Shown: piece by piece, positions 40,801 to 51,080 of the stretch | Numbering within the stretch: position 1 is the first letter of the stretch | Layout: the number at the start of each line of letters is the position of its first letter | Source of the DNA: Anthoceros angustus | Lineage: Eukaryota; Plantae; Anthocerotophyta | Direction: 5' to 3' | DNA length: 64,000 nt | Assembly: GCA_010909165.1 (NCBI GenBank) | Contig: MU008168.1 | Span: forward strand, 310,001-374,000 | Position numbers and translations under genes: made by a program | Notes under the pieces: generated by a model | The model's database searches: none | What the model saw: the letters and a program-made list of their open reading frames with translations, nothing else | Told to the model about the DNA's origin: nothing

Positions 40801-42307
40801 TAGGTGCGGGCCAGCTCCTCGACTCCCTCTGTCTTGGTGCTCGGAGGGCACCAAAAGGAGGAAGGGGAATCGCCTCCCAAACTTCCACAGGTGGTGAGGG
40901 GTTCGCTCAGGCGTATGGAGTCAGGAATCCTCGATCGTCCTCCTCCGAGTCGCTTGGTCTTGAAGGGCGACCCCCACCTCAGGCGCCCTTGCACGCTCTA
41001 CTTGGCGGGGCCTCCGGCCCTTGGGCGCCCGTTCAAGCTCTCCCTCCTTCAGGAGCTCGAAATGTCCCCATACATGAATCAGGTATGGGGTCAGCCCCGA
41101 TGGCGAGGCTTCTCGCTCCTTAGCTTGCGTGCCTCCTGACTGAACGGGCGAAGATAATCCTTCCCCAGTCCGCTCTCTTCCCCCGCTGGAGCGCATGCAA
41201 GAATACCAGCAGTTATCACCAAGGTGATCCACCTTGGTGGCGAGTTCAATGGACAATGATCCGGCTACCGCCCTTACTCGATCCGGCGGATCGGATATCA
41301 ACCATCCGTTGGTTGTCCGTGCGTTCGAGCCTCGGCTCGCGGCTGGTGGCCTATCTTCCCCCGCCTTAAGGGGCTCGCACCACGCCCCTTCTTCCTCCTT
41401 GGGCGGTTGTAGGCCATCCTCGGGACCTCAAGGTCCATCGCCTCGGGTCCTCCGGAGGTTCTTGGATCGGACCTCCTTGTTGATCGCCAACATCTTCCGC
41501 AAACTCCGGACTAGTAACCATCAAGGTCGACCATTTGGAACACGTCCAGATGCCACTCCCACCAATTCCCTGCTTCCTCCGGCCGGGGCCGAAGTCCGGA
41601 TAGCGCGGGTCACAATGTTGCGCTCCACGGTCCATGGCTCCCAGACCGGCTTTTGGGTGCCATTGCTTCTCCTCCTCTTGTTGTGCATGGCTGGCGAGTC
41701 GGCGCGATGTTCCTCCTTCGCGCGTTCGTTGCTCCAACCTTGGCCGGTGAGCGGCGCCCAAAAGATAGCGCCAGAGAGCCGGATTGCGGGCGCAAGGGAG
41801 AGGATTATGCGGAGGCTGCGCGCGATGACCTCCTCCTTGGCCGCGCTTGTGGAAGTAATGGCGGAAGGCGCCTCTTCGTTGTCCGTGCGCGAGTGCATGG
41901 CTTACTCGACCCTCGCTTCCGCTTACTGCGGCCTTACGCCGCGCGCGGCGCGGGCGTGAATACTGCCTGCGGCCTGCAGCAGGTTACGGTCTGACCCTGC
42001 ATGCCCGACCTCCACTCGGGGCCGTCCACGTGGCGCCGCCTCGTCATCCTCACGCCTCGCTCCTAGGTTACTTTCCTGGCGTACTTATCCTGTTTTGACA
42101 CAGGTGGGTTCCGGACTTATCCGTTACTCGGCGTAGTCCGGAGCTTGCCATAGTGCGGGGTCCGTTGTTCACTCCGAGTCGGAGTATACTCGAGCCTCGT
42201 CCGGCGCTACCCCAATTTATTCCTCCTTTTCCGCCTTATTTATCCTTCAATCCTAAAAAGCGAAACCCTACTTATTTCTTAACTCTCGAAGTGCATAGCC
42301 CCATACA
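31861..42307 (-). repeat. 5' LTR region, expanded by multiple partial duplications
   Basis: Same blocks as 17831-23323 but reiterated, with restarts near 33198, 34560, 35030, 36990 and 38695. Confidence 0.75.
37127..40262 (+). repeat. Near-identical 1568-bp tandem duplication
   Basis: Identical ORFs offset by 1568 bp (37327/38895, 37709/39277). Confidence 0.9.
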
Positions 42308-44498
42308 TTGCGCATGTGCGCGCTTAAGCCAGTTCGACTTAAATTGTATCGTGCCGAGTATCGCGCGGTATTGAGGACGCGGGCGAATTAGTTCCCTAAG
42401 CCTCGGTGGCCCGGTCGCGGGTTGGTCAGCCACATCGCCATTCAGTCGCTCCATTTCTTGCTGCTGTCAAGCCACTCGCTGGTAAGCCCCTAAGTGCATA
42501 TCACGCCGTGGAAGCGCCCTCAATAATGCTTCGTCCAGAAGGGTTTCATTCGGTAAGCGCAAAGGCTGTACTGTATCTTCAACGTCCGACCTTGAAAACC
42601 ATTTCCACGGCTTTTGGAGCGCCATGACAATGTTTGTTCCCCATGATAACCGCAATCTCATGCTGGTCTTCCAAGAAGGCCTCCCACCACAAATGTTCAT
42701 CTGCGGCAATATATGCACGCAAGCCAGAAAGCCCTTCTTTAAGATGGGCCACACCCTCTGTTGCCTTTAAACCTGGAAGTGTTCCCTTTTTGTCCCTAGA
42801 TCGAGTGCTAGGAGAGGTGATGTTGTGATGTCGTTAGACGGGACGAACTTCAAGAACTCCAAGCCTCCTTCAGGCTCCCATAGCGGCGATGTTGAATATT
42901 GCTTGCTTCGAATAACCGTGATTAGACCTTGCTCCGCCTTATCCTCCCGTGTTATCTTGAACTGGTGTTGGAACGAAAGGTTATTCAGTTTCCGGACTGC
43001 AGCTGTGTACGATAGCCGACCATCTCCTCTTCTGATGGGCAAGACATATAACCGGAAGTCCGGCACCTCGGTGAGAATTTTCACTGCCGGAGTTGGTGTG
43101 TATGCTTTTACGAGGTCGGATAGTCGTGCAATGTGCGCTTGTGTTTCGAGCACCGTGAAAACATCTGGTCAATCTGGTCGTGTGTGTGCCCCACTATAGC
43201 AGGAATCCCACCTTCACCTTCTGAAATGTCCCCATATATCTATCTACTAACATATTCAGATATGCAAAAAGAAGTTGATTTTTGTTCTCTCGACAAGTAT
43301 TGTCCAACTGCAAGTACAAGACTTTAGGCAATATCCCTTCATAATTGTGCAGAACATCTTGAATGATGCATATCGTCAGGTTTGCATCGTTCCGAAGGTT
43401 TGCATAGTGCAAATATGCTGTCGCTTTGTATGTATAGTTATGAACCATGCACCACATGTACGACTATGCACTCCTCACTTAAATTCTTTGGCCACCGTAA
43501 AAAACGTGGGATCTCCATTTTCTTTTGGTCCATCCCATCAATAGCGAGTAACATGTACTTGTGGGGCTCAACGTAGCTTTTCGTCCGATGTTTGGCTATT
43601 TTGGCACGCTCTGCTGATAACCGCTCGCGATGCGCCTCAAGCGCACGTTGATATTTCTCTGCACCAAACAATGTACATTTCATTAGCATCTTGCTGCTGC
43701 CCTTGCTGCTATAATCAACCACCCAAAGTGGAGGAGGAGGCGGCCGGCGGCACCTCCTCACTCCTGTTGTTGCAGTCCCTCTGTCCACTATGCATGCAGA
43801 GGGATACAGTGGAGAGGGGCCCGCCGCCTCCTCAATCCGATTTGGCCACTTAAAGTCCGCTTGTCCACTATGTGCATGCAAGAGGAACTGTGTGGGGAGG
43901 AGTCGTCGGCCTACCGGCGCCTCCTCCCCACTAAACCATGCTGTGTACGCGCCTGCACACTAACCCTAAATGTCAACATAGCCATAGTTGGGGAGATGGC
44001 GCTGACCGGCCGGCGCCTCCTCCCCAACTATGGCTATCATGCCTTCAGTGCCACATAGCAAACGCCGAAATAGAGAAGGGAATGGACTGGGAAGGGATGC
44101 CATACCTTGATCAACCTTTGAAAAAGTGTTCCGGATGGTTGCCTTTAACCCCGCGCATATCGCACACGTAGAAAATCTGTTGGACTTAGGTATCTTAACA
44201 CTGCTGAAGTGCACCTTCCAAAGCCTTAGAAACCAGGCATATGTAATAGCCCTTGTTTGTGACCGCTCACATTGTCGCTTGTACTGGCCCCATAGCTCTG
44301 GCTTAATACGTGTCCAGGAAGATTGTACACTGCGCGTGGGGGCCTCGCCATGGACATGAAAACGTTGTCCATCCAAGCAAGTGCATCATCGGATGATGTT
44401 GACAGCTGTGATGGATTTGGTCTCTGGTTATCCCATGGCGAGCTGCGCTGCACCCTGCTTTTCAACTCTTCATATCGCTTATGACCAATCCAGAAAAC
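42308..44498 (-). pseudogene. Sola/DUF7869-like DDE transposase gene with one intron (43659-44105); 5' end abuts the right TIR and 3' end is interrupted by the Gypsy element
   Basis: FLRLWKVHF..VKIPK..FSTCAIC, HR...AER, AIDGMDQ, LYLQLDNTCRENKN and VGHTHDQIDQMFS. The GT-AG intron restores the frame (KVDQ-E-KYQRAL). Confidence 0.75.
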
Positions 44499-44600
44499 CC
44501 GATACGAGAGAGAGGGGCAGGGGAGAGGAAGGCCATGCTCATGGCATGGCATGTCGGTTCGCCAGGTCGTACCCTGGCGAACCGATATTTAGGCCTAGCC
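44499..44600 (-). repeat. Right TIR of the MULE
   Basis: Inverted match to 13421-13515, followed by the TSD TTCACATTGC. Confidence 0.9.
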
Positions 44601-45192
44601 TTCACATTGCAAAGCAGAAAAGGCGGGAAGTAAGTGAAGCGTGGGTAACCCTGTAGTTTTATAAGTTACTGATCAAAGCAACATTTAATCCCTATACATA
44701 CTTGTGGGAAAAACCCATCTACATCGTGACAGGGGGGAACAACCTTCAGAGGCACCAGACCATGGGGGATTAACGCTCGTTGTCGACAATGTTGTAACTA
44801 CCTACCGCGCCTATACGTACTGGAGAGCTTGTGTCCCGGGGTCACGGAGTGCGCTTGTTTCCGTCGAACCCTCTTGCTCGTGAGTCGTGACATTGTAGCT
44901 TACCCGTTGTCGCTGTCTTTGGATGCCAGAACTCTGGCTCTCCATTTGCGGCTGGTTTAGAATGTAGGTATGGGTATGGCGGCAAGATGATGATCAAACT
45001 TTCTGATTTTGTGATGATTTCACAACAAACAGTCTTCAAAGTTTTCTGATCGCCTCCGTCTCCCTGAATCAAAGGACAGCTGTAGTGTCGTTGATCTGCT
45101 GCAGTGCAGCATGTCGCTAGAGGCACCGTCGCTCAACCTACTTCCTTGCCTCTGTACTTATCGGTCGATGATGCAAGCGAATTCTGTGTGTA

Positions 45193-45206
45193 AAACCCTA
45201 AACCCT
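45193..45206 (+). promoter_or_regulatory. Telo-box (AAACCCTAAACCCT) upstream of the HNH gene
   Basis: Two telomere-like units ~130 bp upstream of the ATG. Confidence 0.4.
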
Positions 45207-45330
45207 TGAAGCAATCCCTAAAATGTTGTCTGGTATCCTTGGACACGAACTTCTGGTGTACCAGTATCGGGTACTGGTTAAAGCCGCCGATCCCTGAGAG
45301 GTAGAGCTATTCTGCTGTCGGGTGGCAGGT

Positions 45331-46130
45331 ATGGATGGATTGTTCTCCGGCAGCCAGGATGAGGCTGGATCTAGTAAGGAGAAGGCTGGGAGTCCACGGC
45401 GGCTGAGAATTTTTGATGACAAAATGAGGAATTCCTGTTGGCAAAAGGCCGATGTCGTGCCGGGTAGGCATCCAGAGCGATGGAGAAAGGACCTCGCAGG
45501 CAACATTGTCTGTCGGAGACTGACTCGCTGTGACGGTTGTCTTTGCTATGAGTATGATCATATTCAACCCTACTCCAAAGGTCTCTGCCCTCTTTCGTGT
45601 TGATTGCATAGTGTGTACCAGGGGTTTGCTCTGCTGGCTATGCTGGTTCAGCTGGTATGCTGTAATTGATAAATTTTTTATCGCATCTTCTTGATCTCTT
45701 GACTGTGATGGCCATCGGAGGAGTATTTGTGACCATGGTTGCTGGTTTAGGTGGCGAGACGGATGTGAAGAATTGCCAGATTCTACAGGCAAGAGTTAAT
45801 CGCTACAAAAGCAATAAGGATGACATGGGCGCGTCTGACCTTCAGAACTACTCATGTGACCTAAAATTCACAGGTTTGCTCTTGACGTCTGACCCTTGGA
45901 AGTAGTGTCATTCACAGCGAGACATCGGAGGTGGTGCACTGATCCTGTGATTTTATCGCGCAGACAAGGAGTTGGATGTGATTGAGATGGCAGTTTACGG
46001 TAATGTGATACGACCCGGCATGCAGTGTCGGTGCAAGAGCGTGGCAGAAACCCTGGGGACTGCACTTATTAAAACGAAAGTCCCGGAAATGGTGGCCTGT
46101 GAGCTTCCATACAAAAATGATTCTGCTTGA
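45331..46130 (+). CDS. Plant HNH endonuclease-family protein, 3 exons
   Basis: CWQKADVVPGRHPERWRKDLAGNIV..GCLCYEYDHIQPYSKG|GETDVKNCQILQARVNRYKS..|DKELDVIEMAVYG..CRCKSVAE, joined by GT-AG introns. Confidence 0.92.
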
Positions 46131-46639
46131 ACCGTTACACGAGTAACAAGCTGATTTTTTAATCCAATTTTTGTTCTTTATACCAACCGCCGCATCATCA
46201 ACCTCAGTGCAAGGGAGGCGTCTCCATCGTAAACCCCGATGCAGGAGCCTTTTTGTTTAGCCGATTACGATACTTCAAGAACAATTTATAACTTTCAGGT
46301 AGGAACAACTGATAACTTCCAGGTGGACTGACGCGGGGCTAATCCCCGAGGGCTCGGGAGTCGGAAGTTGTAACCCGGCTCCACGGTGAGCCTTGTCATA
46401 GCCTTGCTCCAAAGGAAGTTCAGAGAGAAAAGCAGGGCTATGCTACCGGACCAGAGGCCGCTCTTACCGCCCTGCTCCACAGTTTCAGACCGGAGCATAG
46501 CCTTTTAAGACTATGACACCGCCTCACCTCGCAGGGCTTATAGAGAAGCACTTGTCAACCAAGAGCACGAGCCTGAAAACGAGGATGGAAAGGCACGAGG
46601 GACCTAGCGGCTGGACTAAAAACAAAATATCTCAGTGGG

Positions 46640-46661
46640 TGGAGACGCCGGGTTTCGATCC

Positions 46662-46707
<46 letters not shown>

Positions 46708-46712
46708 CCCCC
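46640..46712 (-). tRNA. tRNA-Ala (UGC)
   Basis: 73-nt cloverleaf GGGGGTGTAGCTCAATTGGTAGAGCGCGCGCTTTGCATGCGCGAGG..., G3:U70 identity pair, and a downstream T-run. Confidence 0.92.
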
Positions 46713-47167
46713 CAGATACCCAGCGTGATATAATTGTAAAATTATAATCTTTAAAATAAATCAAATGTTATTATTTAACTATATTTTCTTTATTTATAAG
46801 TAATTATAATAAATTTTTACCTCTACTACCTGTCAAGCCAGTTATGTACTTTCACGTCAAGTGATAGGTAGTTACTTTAGAAAATAATTTTATTTAAATT
46901 GTTTTAAAAGCAAAAGGTTGCAATAGTTCATTAACACTGTGGGTAGATCAATAGTGATGTACTCTCAAATTCTTAGAATGGAACCTCAAAGTTTTAATAT
47001 GAAGTATACTTTACGCTCTCACTTATTGGAAAACTCTTAGTGGTCCTGTAAGAGAAAAAAGTGATAACAATTAGTGAATTCCTTTTTGTTCCATGCATTG
47101 AGCTTCACAAGAAACACAATTACCCATACCATTCAATCTTGTAGCTGATATAGTCAAATGATGAAAT

Positions 47168-48144
47168 ATGTCCACTACAAGTAAAATAGAAGACTGTCAT
47201 TCTTCTGGGAGTTGTGCAAACAACACATCTTCACATGTCAAGGTTTACCAAGCTTTCATATTTGCTACACCAATATTGTTCATATTAGTACTTCTGCTAC
47301 TATTTTGTGCATTGTACATTAGAAAGCGTAGAAGAACATCAGCAATAGCTCAAAATAGAGCACAATACCTCTCGAGAGGAAGTTATGCAACAGCTGTTAG
47401 ATTCTACACTTCTAATTTGCACATATACAAATTGTTTTCTATTATTTTATTATTACAATGTTTGAGTTACTTCAAATTTAATATTTTAAATTTATGGAAC
47501 ACATTGAATTCACTAGCAAATTCTGAAACAATTTTGCATGTACCTACAAACAGCCATGTGAGAGAGGCTTGAACAAGTCATTTAGGGATGGTTTACCCTC
47601 AATGTTATACGACAAAAGGCTTTTCACTTCAAAAGGAGATACTCTGTAAGAGAATATGATCACCTCAACCATTTTTATCTAGTATATATATTTCATTTAA
47701 TTATGGGTATGAAGAAAGTGAGTAAAGTATTTGTCAAACAAGCTAGTAAAATTTAATGTATGATGTAGGTGTGCAGTATGTTTGGGAGAATTTCAAGCAA
47801 ATGAATTCGTACGAGAACTTCCAATGTGTAGTCACATTTTTCATTTGGATTGTATAGATAAATGGTTGAGTAATAATTTAACCTGTCCTATATGTAGAGA
47901 ATTTGTACAATATAATAATATTAATGTAGTACATGTGGGAGAAAATCATTTTGCATCATTTCAAAATGCTGATCAAGAGAATGAAATGACATCTTCAAAT
48001 CAAGATAGTAATAGGGTTGAAGACATAGGTCTTAGATTTACTTTTGCGCGGGAAGATGCAATAAGAACTCTAAGAGTGCCGGGGCGAGGAACGAGCACTA
48101 GGTTGCAACAGCTCCTCGCAAGCCAAATAGTGACAAACACATGA
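47168..48144 (+). CDS. ATL-family RING-H2 E3 ubiquitin ligase, 3 exons
   Basis: N-terminal TM helix followed by RKRRR, a GLD-like GLNKSFRDGLP, and CAVCLGEF..LPMCSHIFHLDCIDKWL..TCPICR. Confidence 0.9.
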
Positions 48145-48247
48145 ACAAATTTGGCTAAGTTATCTCAGACCATATCTAATTTCCATAAGTCTCGAGCACT
48201 AGGTCATAGCAACTCTTGGCAAGTCAACTACGAAACATATCAGCAAA

Positions 48248-48405
48248 TTTGACTAAGTTGTTTGGGTCCACTTCTAATTTTCATAAGTTCTTCTACGTTG
48301 TGATCCCATCGCAATGTATGCTTTATTTTGACTAAGTTGTTTGGGTCCACTTCTAATTTTCATAAGTTCTTCTACGTTGTGATCCCATCACGATGTATGC
48401 TTTAT
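48248..48405 (+). repeat. 79-bp tandem repeat x2 (diverged copy near 48145)
   Basis: TTTGACTAAGTTGTTTGGGTCCACTTC...GTATGCTTTAT is repeated. Confidence 0.85.
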
Positions 48406-49271
48406 CACCATGTATGCTTTATCTGCTCGTCATGTAAACTAGAAACATGAATGAATATGTTTCTATTGGTTTCAAGTAGAGTGTGTAGTCCTTCAAAATA
48501 TGTACATAGAATATAGGAATACCATTATTATCAATTTGAGCAAAGCGAGGTAAAATTTGCTTTCTAATGAAAGACATGTGTTTTTCTCCCTAAAAATAGA
48601 ACCTAGTTGATATGAATGCATCTTACTCCTTTTTATGAGGTGAATGAGCATCAGAGTTAAAACACTAGAACATTGATCAATGGTCACCTTTCCCCAATCT
48701 TTGTAATAAATTTTCTATCTTCTCATCAAGTTTCTCCAAAAAGTATATAATCATGCTAGTTTCATATCTTCATAAATCATAAAGTAACATTGATTGTTTC
48801 TTCATAATGTCCTCAAGAAATACAGTGATAAAGGTACATATTTAAGATAGTTTGCCATAGTTTACGAACACTATATGTAAAGTATTTGGATTTTCAAGCT
48901 AGTATCTTTTTATACTATGATCATTATTTACTATAGTGGTAGTATAAGAATTTACATAAAAAGAAGATTGGATCAATAGATGAAGCAGGTGATAAGGAAA
49001 GAGCTTCCAAGAAAGAAATAGCATCTTGAACCCAAATGTAAGTAGAAAGAACACTTCGGACTCACTTAGATCCTGTACAAGACATGGGCTCTTGTAAAGA
49101 AGCAATTGTACAAACGACTACAAATGAGTGAAGTGAAACAGCAAGAACAAGAAAGAGAAGCCAAGATAGGACATGGAGGTCAGCTTAAGGAGCTGGCTCC
49201 GCTGATATTCTGCTAAACCGAGTGATGAGTAACAGTGGAAATGGGAAGTGGCGATCCAGGCTGAACAGCCA

Positions 49272-50813
49272 ATGGTGGGTGTGGGCAGGGGGTCCCGCCC
49301 TCCACTGAGAAGTTACCTCACAGGTGTGGTGTTCTGCGTGCTGTTCCTTCTTGTGGGCGGAACACTATACCAAAAGTTCACTGTCCTTAGTTCCATCTGG
49401 TTTGCTGCTGAATCACGTCTGAAAATTCAGTGTGATGGGACGGGAAGCTGGGGGAGCAAATTGCCAGGGAAAGAGTTGCACCAAGAGAGTCAAGATGCTG
49501 CAAGGTCACCCTTGGAAATCCGGGTAACTCCCAGTTTGGAGGGGGCCTTTGAAGGGAGGACAACATTGCTTGTTGACAGCTTGGAGAGGGCACCGAAGGG
49601 GTTGGTCTCATCTTTTGAAAGGAACAGGAATGTGAAGGACTACGGTTTAACCACTGTCAAGCATGTTTGCATGAAGCCCGATGGGCCCATAATGTTGGTG
49701 GGTATCTCGGAGGGTGAAGTGCACAGAAGTCTGGAAGCGTCACCTGCATTGAGGCTGGAGTGGCACTCTGCCTATAACTGCTCCTGGGGCTGTATTGGGA
49801 TGGAAATGGTTGAACAGACACCAGAGGATGCCAGATGGGTGACAGGGAACACCACCCACATTTTACCATACCTGGGTAATGTATTTCACCATTTCGCAGA
49901 GAGAGTGTGGCCCCATATTGCAGGCTATCAGGCTCCCCTGGCGGCTACCACATCCAAGCCCGTTAATCACTTCGTGGTGAAAGGATTCAGCTCGTGGATG
50001 GAGCAATCGAGCCACAATGTGGACCGTCACACTCTCATGTTCCAGATAGCCATGCTAGGCCAACTCTCCCCGGGTGCAGACTTCCTACTTCTGGATGGGT
50101 TGCAGGGGCCTGTATGCTACGAAAGCCTCACTCTGGCCTGCACCACATGTGACCGAATCTCTGATTACCTGGGAGAGGACATTGTCACCCCTGCATTGCT
50201 CCGCTACAGGCATGCTACTTTCTCCTTCTTTGGGGTACAGGAACCCGAGGTAAGTCTGCCTCCGCACCCCCTGCGAGTCACGTTTTATGGCAGGGGAGAT
50301 GCGTCCAGACGGCGAGTGAAGAATGCACCCGAGGTGGTGCAGCATCTCCGTCATGACTGGACTTCGCCACCTCTGCAAGTCACGTTCGTTGATGACCTGC
50401 TGCTGAACGGAGACTACAGGCAAACACTGCCTGAAGTGGTCTCGCTCTTCTCCCAGACTGATCTGTTCATCACCGTCCATGGAGCTAACACGTGGGCTAC
50501 TCTATTCATGCCCAAAGGATCAGGAGTAATAGAGATTTATGGCCCCTGTGGACCAGGGACCTGGCTTGGGACCACTGCCAGGGCCCTCAGGCTCAAGCAT
50601 TCAACCAAGGCCAATCCCTGGGCTCAAAAGTTCCCATCACCGTCGGCAGGCAACACAACGGAGTGTGAAGATGCTCTTCGAACACCTGACTTTACGTATG
50701 ACTTGGCTCAACTTGACACTATCATCTACGAGTTCATGGCATTACCCAGTGGACCAGGGGATAGGTTACCCCTACATTGGCTCTACAACTGGACATCAGA
50801 ATCAAATTCTTAG
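49272..50813 (+). CDS. Glycosyltransferase family 61-like type II membrane protein, intronless
   Basis: N-terminal TM anchor, GNVFHHFAE, RGDASRRRVKN and ITVHGANTWATLFMPKGSGVIEI (GT61 C-terminal motif). First in-frame ATG is at 49272. Confidence 0.8.
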   Translation: MVGVGRGSRPPLRSYLTGVVFCVLFLLVGGTLYQKFTVLSSIWFAAESRLKIQCDGTGSWGSKLPGKELHQESQDAARSPLEIRVTPSLEGAFEGRTTLLVDSLERAPKGLVSSFERNRNVKDYGLTTVKHVCMKPDGPIMLVGISEGEVHRSLEASPALRLEWHSAYNCSWGCIGMEMVEQTPEDARWVTGNTTHILPYLGNVFHHFAERVWPHIAGYQAPLAATTSKPVNHFVVKGFSSWMEQSSHNVDRHTLMFQIAMLGQLSPGADFLLLDGLQGPVCYESLTLACTTCDRISDYLGEDIVTPALLRYRHATFSFFGVQEPEVSLPPHPLRVTFYGRGDASRRRVKNAPEVVQHLRHDWTSPPLQVTFVDDLLLNGDYRQTLPEVVSLFSQTDLFITVHGANTWATLFMPKGSGVIEIYGPCGPGTWLGTTARALRLKHSTKANPWAQKFPSPSAGNTTECEDALRTPDFTYDLAQLDTIIYEFMALPSGPGDRLPLHWLYNWTSESNS

Positions 50814-51080
50814 TCCGTTCTGGTTGCAAGAGCCTGAAGCAGTACCTGCTGTCCGGAAGGTTGATTGGTGAAGAGAACAAATGAACCTCAACTTAACGCC
50901 AGTTGCAAGCTTAGACGAAAACGATTGCTATCTCTCAGTCAAAACTGAGAAACATTCCATGGTCTAGAGCAATGATGTAAATATTCAGCCTGCATGAAAA
51001 TTCGGGCAGGAATCTGTCCTAGATAATGTGTAAGCCGATTGCAGAGGTTGTCCAAAACATCCTAAGATGTTCTCACTCGA

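Larger units (their letters stand above)
17831..42307 (-). mobile_element. Ty3/Gypsy LTR retrotransposon, non-chromoviral (Athila/Phygy/Selgy-like), nested in the MULE
   Basis: TG..CA long direct repeats, a tRNA-Asp-type PBS, a PPT, and gag-PR-RT-RH-INT order on the minus strand. Integrase ends ..VKKYHA* with no chromodomain. Confidence 0.9.
13421..44600. mobile_element. Mutator-like (MULE) DNA transposon with TIRs and 9-10 bp TSD, containing a nested Gypsy element
   Basis: Inverted termini TAGGCCTAAATATCGGTTCGCCA...CATGGCCTTCCTCTCCC at both ends. Direct repeat TTCACATTGC at 13411-13420 and 44601-44610. A MULE transposase lies inside. Confidence 0.9.

Noticed and set aside
17831-42307. Numerous plus-strand ORFs in the Gypsy block
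   Set aside because: They are GC-rich antisense shadow ORFs with no recognisable motifs.
43728-44037. CRISPR-like repeat-spacer array
   Set aside because: The repeats are degenerate, two spacers are related to each other, the context is a eukaryotic intron and there are no cas genes. Kept only as a hairpin array.
45193-45206. Telomerase RNA template
   Set aside because: No USE/TATA promoter or pseudoknot is evident. The position fits a promoter telo-box.
45331-46130. HNH gene as part of the transposon or a defence system
   Set aside because: It lies outside the TSD and belongs to a conserved intron-containing plant gene family.
46414-46620. RNase P RNA (GGAAGTTCAGAG fits CR-I; CTGGACTA could pair with it)
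   Set aside because: There is no closing P1 helix, CR-IV/CR-V spacing is wrong, and the wobble pairs favour the opposite strand.
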